Positions 35,495-42,129 of a stretch of 42,129 nucleotides of DNA are shown here, piece by piece; the stretch's first letter is position 1, and each line of letters begins with the position of its first letter. Origin of the DNA: a virus. Lineage: Duplodnaviria; Caudoviricetes. The stretch spans positions 1 through 42,129 of IMG/VR virus record IMGVR_UViG_3300017937_000051; one strand, 5' to 3'. The position numbers and the translations under genes are program-made. The notes beneath the pieces were generated by a model. It was not told the DNA's origin. It saw only the letters and a list, made by a program, of their open reading frames with translations, and made no database searches.

Positions 35495-35784
35495 GAAAGA
35501 CCATCGCCATTCTCGCGCTGCTGGCGCTTGCCGCCTGCGACACCGTCCAAAAAGCCGAGCAGCAGATATTCACTCAGGACGTGGACAAGCCCGTCGCGGC
35601 GTCCTGCATCCCGAAGAACCTGCCGGACATTCCATCCTATCCCGATACCGATGCTGCGCTCCTGGCCGCCCAGGACGCCGCTGCGCGTTACCAGCTCATC
35701 GCAGTCGGGCGCGGGATGAGCAGGGCATGGGAAGCGCAGGTCGCGCCGGTCATAGCGAAGTGTAAAGAGGCTCAGGCACAATGA
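35491..35784 (+). CDS. Rz1-like outer-membrane lipoprotein spanin
   Basis: MRKTIAILALLALAA-C lipobox; Pro-rich mature part. Confidence 0.75.
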   Translation: MRKTIAILALLALAACDTVQKAEQQIFTQDVDKPVAASCIPKNLPDIPSYPDTDAALLAAQDAAARYQLIAVGRGMSRAWEAQVAPVIAKCKEAQAQ

Positions 35785-36122
35785 GCGATCAAGCAGAGGT
35801 CATGATGCCAGTGAGCAAGCCCGAAGCCTTGCAGCATATCGAAATCACAGTGCTGCGGCAGATGGGCGACAATATCGCCGCGCAGACGCGGCACCTCGAA
35901 GTTCTCAGCGGCAAGGTCGACGACGTGCGCGAGCGCGTCATCCGCATCGAAGCGCGCGAAACAGAGAAGCAGGTGGAGAACCTGATCAAGCGGGTGGCGG
36001 CGCTGGAAACGCAAAGCAACCGCGTGGGCGGCGTCACCGCGTTCGGCGCATGGATCGCGCAAAGCGCACCGTGGATCATCGCCGCCTTCGCGCTGGTGCT
36101 TTGGGCGATGGGCAAGAAATAA
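35781..36122 (+). CDS. Coiled-coil protein with C-terminal TM helix (lysis-region accessory)
   Basis: Heptad pattern and hydrophobic C-terminus. Confidence 0.65.
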   Translation: MSDQAEVMMPVSKPEALQHIEITVLRQMGDNIAAQTRHLEVLSGKVDDVRERVIRIEARETEKQVENLIKRVAALETQSNRVGGVTAFGAWIAQSAPWIIAAFALVLWAMGKK

Positions 36123-36148
36123 ACGACCACACCAGAAGAATGCATGTG

Positions 36149-36178
36149 CCCGGCGCCGAAAAGGTTGCCGGGTTTTTT
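36149..36178 (+). terminator. Terminator ending the late operon
   Basis: CCCGGC-gccgaaaaggtt-GCCGGG-TTTTTT. Confidence 0.7.
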
Positions 36179-36500
36179 AGTTTTCCTATTGCGAGGGGCG
36201 GCCACTCGACCTGGACCGGTAAGTTTCGGCCAGTGCAATGAGCCGCTCGCGGCGGGAGAGGCTGGTGGGCTTTTGTTCGGTTTCCCCCGCCCGCTCGGAC
36301 GCTGCATCGAAGCGGGCCCAAGCCTGCAGATGCGCCTTGCTGGGGCGCTTCGGTGCGTCTGAGGAATCGTGGCTCATGCCATTAGACCCGAGAGGTTGGG
36401 TCAGCTGCTCCCAAAATCGACGCCGCGGTTCGGAAGGGCGGCGCGGGCGCAGCTGAGCCTGATCATTAGCGCATGCCGCTGGAAAGCAATCAATAGGACG

Positions 36501-36653
36501 TCACTTCGCGGCATCGCCACGTCGCGTTTGCAACTCTCGTTCGTCGTGCCGGGGGCTGTCCTTGGTGTGCGTTCGCGAACAGATGACAAGGAAGGTCAGC
36601 ACTGCCAGCACGGCGATAACCGTTTCGGCCAGATGCGGCAGGACAGCCATCAT
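36501..36653 (-). CDS. Small single-TM protein (50 aa, MMAVLPHLAETVIAVLAVLTFLVIC...)
   Basis: Hand-translated; ATGA-coupled to the DUF3606 gene. Confidence 0.4.
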   Translation of the reverse strand: MMAVLPHLAETVIAVLAVLTFLVICSRTHTKDSPRHDERELQTRRGDAAK

Positions 36654-36826
36654 GCCTTGACCGCCGCGTCGCAAGCCTCCCGGCTGGGGCCGTGCTTTTC
36701 GATGATCTCGCGGGCCTTCTCGGTTGAGAGGCCGTGTTTTTTCGCGAAGTACGCGACTTCGTAAGGTTCTTCAGCGGAAACGCGCGCGCGATCCTGCGCG
36801 CCAACATTGGTCTTGTCGTCGGTCAT
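36650..36826 (-). CDS. DUF3606-family protein (58 aa)
   Basis: Hand-translated MTDDKTNVGAQDRARVSAEEPYEVAYFAKKHGLSTEKAREIIEKHGPSREACDAAVKA; GGAG upstream. Confidence 0.85.
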   Translation of the reverse strand: MTDDKTNVGAQDRARVSAEEPYEVAYFAKKHGLSTEKAREIIEKHGPSREACDAAVKA

Positions 36827-36919
36827 GTTGTTTTACTCCGGATGCCCCGCCCCCGATGAGGAGTGCATTGGGGAGCGGGGCGGGGGGTCATGCGAGCGCG
36901 AGGAGCGACTCCGGTATCA

Positions 36920-36944
36920 AACCCCCAGACGCATATCGGGTTCC
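36920..36944 (-). promoter_or_regulatory. EcfG/SigT (general stress) type promoter, leftward
   Basis: GGAAC-N16-GGTT on the minus strand upstream of DUF3606. Confidence 0.65.
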
Positions 36945-36980
36945 TCCGGCATTTGGTGCGATTACGGACTCATTCGGCGC

Positions 36981-37005
36981 GGAACTGCATTGCGCCGGCG
37001 CGGTT
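36981..37005 (+). promoter_or_regulatory. EcfG/SigT type promoter, rightward
   Basis: GGAAC-N16-GGTT, 8 nt before ATG 37014. Confidence 0.65.
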
Positions 37006-37013
37006 GAGTCGGC

Positions 37014-37265
37014 ATGGGACGCGACGCACGCAATATCGCCTTCGGCGAGTATATCGACTTCTTCTCGACCGGCGCGCCGGAGCCGCTGGCCGAGCCGCGC
37101 GTGTTGCCGGACGGAACCAGCATCCAGTGGCCCGAAGGCTGGCGCGACGTCGACGCCTTTGCCTGGCGCAAGGCGCACCATCTTCTCCCGCCCGACGTCG
37201 AACATCAGAGCCGGCTTTGGGAAGATCGCGGCCCCGGCCATGTCGTCTCGACCCACCGTCGCTGA
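37014..37265 (+). CDS. Hypothetical protein (83 aa)
   Basis: Follows an EcfG-type promoter; ends 3 nt before the ligase gene. Confidence 0.55.
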   Translation: MGRDARNIAFGEYIDFFSTGAPEPLAEPRVLPDGTSIQWPEGWRDVDAFAWRKAHHLLPPDVEHQSRLWEDRGPGHVVSTHRR

Positions 37266-37268
37266 TCC

Positions 37269-38258
37269 ATGCGGCGCGCGATTTCCCAGCTTCCAAAAAG
37301 CCGGCGACAGTTCGTGCGCGAGAAAATCCCCGCATTCATTGAGCCGCAGCTTGCGCTTTTGCGAGACGCGCCGCCGGTCGGCGACAAATGGGTGCATGAG
37401 GTCAAGTTCGACGGCTACCGCATGCAGATGCGCGTGCACAAGGGCAGGGCGGCGCTGCGCACGCGCAAAGGGCTGGACTGGAGCGCGAGATTTCCCGAGA
37501 TCGCGCGCCACGGGAACGATCTTCCCGATGGAATCTACGATGGCGAAATCTGCGCGGTGAATGCCGAGGGCCAACCGGACTTTGCCGGATTGCAGACCGC
37601 GCTGCGCACAAAGCGCACCGCCGGTTTGGTCTATTTCATCTTCGACCTGCTTTACCGCGGTGACGAAGATTTGCGGGCCTACGCGCTCAAGGCCCGCAAG
37701 GCCGTGTTGCAGGATATTCTGGGAGCCGCCGACGACAGCCGTCTGCGGTACGTGGAACACATCGCGGGCGATGGCGATGCGATGTTCGAAAGCGCCTGCC
37801 GCATGCGGCTGGAAGGCATCGTCTCAAAGGATCTGACGGCGACCTATCGCTCCGATCGCGGCGGGGCCTGGATCAAAACCAAGTGCCGACCGCTGGAAGA
37901 GTTCGTCGTTGGCGGCTGGGCGCAGGAAGGGCGCCAGTTCAAGGCGCTGCTGCTGGGCGCCTTCGATGGAAAAAGCCTGCGCTATGTCGGGCACGCGGGA
38001 ACCGGCTTCGGTGCGAAAACGCTCGGCGATCTGCTGCCGCGGCTCAAGGCGCTGGAGATCCAGGCGCGGAGCTTCGAAGGGAACAATGCCCCGGCGAAGA
38101 AATCGGTCAATCACTGGGTGAAGCCGGAACTTGTGGCGCAGGTCGCGTTCGAAAGCTGGACCGCATCGGGCAAACTGCGTCAGGCATCGTTCAAGGGCCT
38201 GCGCGAAGACAAGAAACCCCGGGAGATCACGCTGCAGACGATAAGTCTGGGAAGTTAG
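37269..38258 (+). CDS. ligD: ATP-dependent DNA ligase, stand-alone LigD ligase domain
   Basis: EVKFDGYR (KxDG), DGEI, FDLL, EGIVSK, WIKTK, GTGF, WVKPELV, LRQASFKGLREDK. Confidence 0.92.
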   Translation: MRRAISQLPKSRRQFVREKIPAFIEPQLALLRDAPPVGDKWVHEVKFDGYRMQMRVHKGRAALRTRKGLDWSARFPEIARHGNDLPDGIYDGEICAVNAEGQPDFAGLQTALRTKRTAGLVYFIFDLLYRGDEDLRAYALKARKAVLQDILGAADDSRLRYVEHIAGDGDAMFESACRMRLEGIVSKDLTATYRSDRGGAWIKTKCRPLEEFVVGGWAQEGRQFKALLLGAFDGKSLRYVGHAGTGFGAKTLGDLLPRLKALEIQARSFEGNNAPAKKSVNHWVKPELVAQVAFESWTASGKLRQASFKGLREDKKPREITLQTISLGS

Positions 38259-38396
38259 CAAAAGGCAGATTGAACGGACCGCCGCCCAATGCCATTCTCG
38301 CGCGATGAGAAGGACATGGGCACCGCTTCTCCTCGTCGGGGGACTATCGACGTTTTGCGCCACCGTGTTGTTGGCGTTGGAGATGCTCGCCCGCTT

Positions 38397-38678
38397 CTAA
38401 CTCTTGTCGTTCTCCGGCGGCGGAACGGGCGGCTTCATCGCTGCCGCAAGTTCGGGTCCGAGCTGCGGTTCGCCGCGCGGTGCCTCGGCGGCTTGTTCTG
38501 GCAATGTCGCGACCGGCTGCTCTCTCTCCGCTCTCAGTTTTGCCGCTTCGGCTTCGAGCTCCCGCGCATATAGGTTGAGCGCATGCCGCGCCTCGTCGTC
38601 CATCAGGCGCGCAGCATGCCCGCGCGCATGCGCGGCTTTGGCCAATAGTGCTTGAATGTCGTCGTCGCCGTCCGACAC
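38397..38678 (-). CDS. Hypothetical protein (about 93 aa; start uncertain)
   Basis: Helical acidic ORF downstream of an EcfG-type promoter. Confidence 0.5.
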   Translation of the reverse strand: MSDGDDDIQALLAKAAHARGHAARLMDDEARHALNLYARELEAEAAKLRAEREQPVATLPEQAAEAPRGEPQLGPELAAAMKPPVPPPENDKS

Positions 38679-38707
38679 AGGCCGCCCCGAATGTGATGTG
38701 AGTGGGT

Positions 38708-38732
38708 AATGTACGCCTGCGCACACAGTTCC
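38708..38732 (-). promoter_or_regulatory. Third EcfG/SigT type promoter candidate
   Basis: GGAAC-N16-CATT on the minus strand. Confidence 0.5.
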
Positions 38733-38860
38733 GCAAATTGGGGAAAATCAACGCAGTGCCCTTAACGCGCGATTTGCGAAGCGCGCGTCTGTTCATCTTT
38801 CTTTAGAACTGTAAAAAGCATTTCAGTTAGCGCAGGAAGCGGGCGTCAGCGCATGGAGAC

Positions 38861-39292
38861 TCAGCGCGTCTTACCACGCGGCCATTTTCCGAGCCCGTTG
38901 GACTTCGCCAGGGAAGAGCGCCGCGCAGCATAGTTCGGCGCCGTCATCGGATAATTAGCCGGCAATCCCCATTTGGCGCGATATTCCTGAGGCGATAGCC
39001 CGTAGCGTGCGCGCAGATAACGCTTCAACAATTTGAGCTTCGCGCCGTCCTCCAGGCAGACGATGTAGTCCGGCTTGACCGAGTTCTTCACCGGCACGGC
39101 TGGTTTTTGCGATGTTGTCGAAAGAGGTATGGACTCCCCCGCGGCAAGCGCAGCAAAGGTGCCGTGGACGCTGTTGATGAGTGCAGGAATTTCCTTTGCC
39201 GCCACCTGGTGATGGCGCAGGTACGCGGCGATGACGTCAGCGGCACAGTGCACCAGATTGTCTGGCAGGCGGATAGTCTCCATCGTGCTCAT
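38861..39292 (-). CDS. mucR: MucR/Ros family transcriptional regulator
   Basis: ADVIAAYL...IPALINSVH...PAVPVKNSVKPDYIVCLEDG..K.LKRYL...YRAKWGLPANYPMTAPNYAARRS.LAK..GLG. Confidence 0.92.
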   Translation of the reverse strand: MSTMETIRLPDNLVHCAADVIAAYLRHHQVAAKEIPALINSVHGTFAALAAGESIPLSTTSQKPAVPVKNSVKPDYIVCLEDGAKLKLLKRYLRARYGLSPQEYRAKWGLPANYPMTAPNYAARRSSLAKSNGLGKWPRGKTR

Positions 39293-39373
39293 AGCGATCC
39301 CCCCGAATCCCGCGCAGATTTTCAGAAAGCCCAAGCCCGCGCAACGTTTCCGGGCGTACCGAAGGCGTGCGTC

Positions 39374-40036
39374 CTACAGCAGATCCGCGGCGGGCTGCGG
39401 GCCGCCCACATAGTCGGCGCGAATGTCTTGCGGCGATACGACATCGCCGAGATCGCCGTCCAGCATCCAGCGCTCCCAGCCGTCGCGCGCCAGCGCGATC
39501 GGGCGGCGGTTGTGATAGTTCGCGAGCGTGCCGTCCGCATCCTTCGTCAGCATGGTGAAGGTGTCGGTGGGGCCGATGTCGCTGGCGGTGAAGTGAGACC
39601 ACAAACCGGCGATGCAGAACCAGTCGCCGTCCTTGCGCGAGAAGCGCCACTTCGTCTTGGGATAGCTGTCGCCGGTCCATTCGTACCATCCATCGGCCGG
39701 GATCAGGCAGCGGCGCTGCTGGAACGCCTGCTTGAACGTGCGCGACGTGGCCGCGCTCTCGCTGCGCGCATTGAAGGTGGTGAGCTTCTTGGGAAAATCC
39801 TTGAACGTCCCCGAATAGGTTTCCGGCACGAACCACCAGCGCGCGGTGATCATCTCCATGCCATCGCCCTTTTCCGTCATGCGAAAGATCGGCGCCGGGT
39901 CGGTGGGATTGATGTCCGCCTGCGGCTCAAGGTTCGGCGCGCGGTGACGCGGCGGCGAGACGATGCGGATCTTCGTCTCGCTGAAGCCCGCATAGTAATC
40001 GCCCATGGCGCGGCGGCGCTCGTAATCGCGGCACAT
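39374..40036 (-). CDS. SOS response-associated peptidase (SRAP/YedK/HMCES family)
   Basis: Catalytic Cys2 (MCRDY), TFNARSE, RRCLIPADGWYEW, H.R.P. Confidence 0.92.
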   Translation of the reverse strand: MCRDYERRRAMGDYYAGFSETKIRIVSPPRHRAPNLEPQADINPTDPAPIFRMTEKGDGMEMITARWWFVPETYSGTFKDFPKKLTTFNARSESAATSRTFKQAFQQRRCLIPADGWYEWTGDSYPKTKWRFSRKDGDWFCIAGLWSHFTASDIGPTDTFTMLTKDADGTLANYHNRRPIALARDGWERWMLDGDLGDVVSPQDIRADYVGGPQPAADLL

Positions 40037-40272
40037 CAGTCGGCGGTCACGAAGCCCACGATCATGCGCAGGACGGGGAACATCGCCTCGCGCGCGCGCT
40101 CGGCATCCTCCCGCGTGGCGTAGAGGAACTGCGCCCGGTCGGTCTTGTGGGTGTCGTTGATGGTGAAGCCGAACTCTTCTTCGATCGGATGCACGTCGCT
40201 GATGTAATATTCCGCCTCGCCGCTTTCCGAAGAAGGCGCGGTGGCAAGCGTGAGCTTCGGTCCCAGTTCCAT
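40036..40272 (-). CDS. Hypothetical protein (78 aa)
   Basis: ATG 40272 with GGAG; TGATG coupling to SRAP. Confidence 0.6.
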   Translation of the reverse strand: MELGPKLTLATAPSSESGEAEYYISDVHPIEEEFGFTINDTHKTDRAQFLYATREDAERAREAMFPVLRMIVGFVTAD

Positions 40273-40319
40273 GTCGGTCTCCAAGGTCCGGCCAGTGTAA
40301 CCGGCCTTTGCCGCGCTTG

Positions 40320-40550
40320 TCAGGCGGGCCGTGGCTTCAGGCTGTCGCGCATCACGCGGGCGCCGTTCATCAGCAGCATCTGCGCGTTCGGATATTCGGC
40401 GCGCGCCGCATCGAAGGCCGCGATCGCCAGCGTGACGTTCAGCGCCGCCGCCACGACGCGCACCCGCGTGTCGCGTGCGCTGTCCCACTCCACGACGTGG
40501 TAGAATAGTTCGTCAGGATCGAACTGCTGGATTCCCCGGTGTCCCTTCAT
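40320..40550 (-). CDS. Small conserved-looking alphaproteobacterial hypothetical protein
   Basis: Y.V.EW......V.A.......A.AAFDAA..EYP.....L.NGARV pattern; GGAG before ATG 40550. Confidence 0.6.
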   Translation of the reverse strand: MKGHRGIQQFDPDELFYHVVEWDSARDTRVRVVAAALNVTLAIAAFDAARAEYPNAQMLLMNGARVMRDSLKPRPA

Positions 40551-40752
40551 CGTCATCTCCATCGGTTGCTGCACCGTCTGGCATGACGACCGGCACTCTT
40601 CCCTGTTGATCCACGGGCCCGCGCCGCATCAGGCGCTCGGCCTTTTCCCGCCCGTAAAGCCGCTCCAGCGCCGCCCGGCCGATCCGCGAGACCGGCTTGA
40701 AGACCATGCGGGGTTCGGGCGTTTTGGGCTTGTCTGTGGGCTTGTCGGGCAT
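40513..40752 (-). CDS. Hypothetical protein (79 aa), first gene after the LexA box
   Basis: ATG 40752 directly after an AT-rich -10-like element. Confidence 0.5.
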   Translation of the reverse strand: MPDKPTDKPKTPEPRMVFKPVSRIGRAALERLYGREKAERLMRRGPVDQQGRVPVVMPDGAATDGDDDEGTPGNPAVRS

Positions 40753-40768
40753 GCGTATATAAAGCGTG

Positions 40769-40783
40769 GAACAGGACGAGAAC
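40769..40783 (-). promoter_or_regulatory. Alphaproteobacterial LexA (SOS) box
   Basis: GTTC-TCGTCCT-GTTC (GTTC-N7-GTTC) overlapping a TTGCGT...TTATAT promoter. Confidence 0.75.
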
Positions 40784-40807
40784 GCAAGCGCCTTTCGCGC
40801 CCGTCCG

Positions 40808-41254
40808 TCAGGCCGGAAGGGCCGCGTCCACAACCACGCGGGAGTCCGTCCGGCAGTCGGTGCCGATGGTTGTGCCGCCGCTCGCCTTCACCCATTTGGC
40901 GCAGGACACGGGCGCATCCGCGGTAACGCCGAAGGAATAGGATTCGCCCGGCTGCACCGGAACGCCGTCATGCGCGTAGAACGGAAAAGACGACGTCGTG
41001 CCGTCGCCGTTGCGCACAACCCAGCGCAGCCGCACCACGGCGGCGTGCGCGCAGGAGCTGGTGATCGTGCCCGCCACCGTGGCCCGTTCGTAATGGCGGC
41101 TGAGCCTGACATCGCGCAGCAGGAAATCGGAGGCGCTGCACACCGGCGTCATCGCTTCCGCCGGCGGCGTCATGGCGTGCCAGGCGCGCAGGCCGAGCGC
41201 GAGCGCGACGATGCCTGCGAAGATGCCGAGCGCGTGTGTGCCCTTGAGTGTCAT
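40808..41254 (-). CDS. Exported/membrane-anchored beta-rich protein
   Basis: N-terminal hydrophobic helix, four Cys, V.GTI...V.PGE..SF pattern. Confidence 0.6.
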   Translation of the reverse strand: MTLKGTHALGIFAGIVALALGLRAWHAMTPPAEAMTPVCSASDFLLRDVRLSRHYERATVAGTITSSCAHAAVVRLRWVVRNGDGTTSSFPFYAHDGVPVQPGESYSFGVTADAPVSCAKWVKASGGTTIGTDCRTDSRVVVDAALPA

Positions 41255-42129
41255 GGCTTCGTCCTCCGCCTTCGAAAATAAGGCCGCGCGGAGTCCGCTT
41301 CAACCGCCGCGGCACGGCGCTGTGATCGGCTGCCGAGCGCCTGGTTGATCAGAAAAGCGAGTCTAATCCCGGCTTTTTCGAGTTGACGCGCGGCGATGGG
41401 GCTGTCGCGCAGCATGCCCGGCCGCGCCATCGGCACGGGCCGCGCCGCCGGAAGCCGCGCATAGATCCCGCGGGCGAGGGCGTGGGCTTCGTTTGCCCAG
41501 TCCGCCGGTGTGCCGCGTGACCAAGCCTTCTCTTGCGGCGGCGTGATGGTGCGATCGAGCCGCGCGGCAAGCGGCGCCGCTTCGATGCCAAGCTGCCAGA
41601 CTTCATTGCTGTCCCACACCCTGTGCAAATTGGAATCCAGAACGCCGATCGAGACCGGTACATCGTTGCCGCCGCGGTGGTTGTCGTCGGCGCAATGCAG
41701 GGGCTGATGGATGTCGCCCGCAAGATGGATCACCCACAGCAGCGCCTCGCGCCGCGCTTCGCGCGATTGCGCGCCATCCGCCAGCGTCGCCTCTTCGCGC
41801 GCGATCGCGGCCACGACGCATTGCCCATCGCGGCAATCGCGCGCGGAGACATATCCCGCCGCGTCGATCGGAATGTCGACATAATGCCAGGGCTTCGTCT
41901 CCGGCCGCGCGCGTCCCTGCCAGTCGGCCCATGACGACAGCGCCGCCATGCTCTCTGCCGCCGGCGCGCCGAGCAGGATCTCCACCTGTTGCCGCGCCTG
42001 CGGCTCGAGGTGCCGCGCCGCGATGCGCGCCACCACCTGGTGCCCTTCGGGCCCCCACGCCATCGCCGCGCCGGCCGACGCCAGCAGCGCGATCGCGCAA
42101 ACTCCCCAAAGCCTGAAACCGAACCTCAT
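41251..42129 (-). CDS. S1/P1 family nuclease, secreted
   Basis: Signal peptide then WGPEGH, WAD, WHYVD, HLAGDIHQPLH, NLHRVWD. Confidence 0.92.
   Translation of the reverse strand: MRFGFRLWGVCAIALLASAGAAMAWGPEGHQVVARIAARHLEPQARQQVEILLGAPAAESMAALSSWADWQGRARPETKPWHYVDIPIDAAGYVSARDCRDGQCVVAAIAREEATLADGAQSREARREALLWVIHLAGDIHQPLHCADDNHRGGNDVPVSIGVLDSNLHRVWDSNEVWQLGIEAAPLAARLDRTITPPQEKAWSRGTPADWANEAHALARGIYARLPAARPVPMARPGMLRDSPIAARQLEKAGIRLAFLINQALGSRSQRRAAAVEADSARPYFRRRRTKP

Larger units (their letters stand above)
1..40790. mobile_element. Temperate lambda-like siphovirus prophage (left end and integrase outside the window; right boundary uncertain)
   Basis: Ordered xis-like, cI/cro, replication, cos/terminase, head, tail and lysis modules; no att site identifiable. 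Confidence 0.93.

Noticed and set aside
38762-38776. CtrA binding site
   Set aside because: Only one TTAA half-site; the second half does not match TTAA-N7-TTAA
1-42129. Integrase, att sites, tRNA or rRNA genes
   Set aside because: None recognisable in the window; the integrase probably lies just left of position 1

Overview
The window is almost entirely a temperate, long-tailed (siphovirus-type) prophage with a lambda-like layout in a high-GC alphaproteobacterium. The host class is inferred from GapR, MucR, an alpha-type LexA box and EcfG-type promoters. Left to right it holds: (1) a leftward early operon ending in an excisionase-like gene at the window edge, with no integrase in the window; (2) an immunity region with an S24 CI repressor, Cro, five 19-bp operators and a membrane moron; (3) a rightward early operon with GapR, a ParB-like protein, a Dam-type and a ParB-MT-A70 methyltransferase, a D5/P4-type helicase and a candidate origin; (4) a lambda-like cos site, TerS and TerL (GpA); (5) an accessory island containing an Acb2/Tad1-like sponge and a candidate sRNA; (6) head, tail and lysis genes, including a protease-capsid fusion and a -1 frameshifted tail chaperone; (7) a right-end stress/DNA-repair region with DUF3606, a LigD-type ligase, a MucR variant and SRAP, followed by an S1/P1 nuclease gene that may be host. 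The most striking unexplained signal is a 29-33 nt structured motif found five times. It is always on the transcribed strand of the early-left, early-right and late operons, shows a compensatory base-pair change, and is a candidate cis-acting RNA element such as an antitermination signal. All family assignments come from motif recognition by eye; no database searches were run.
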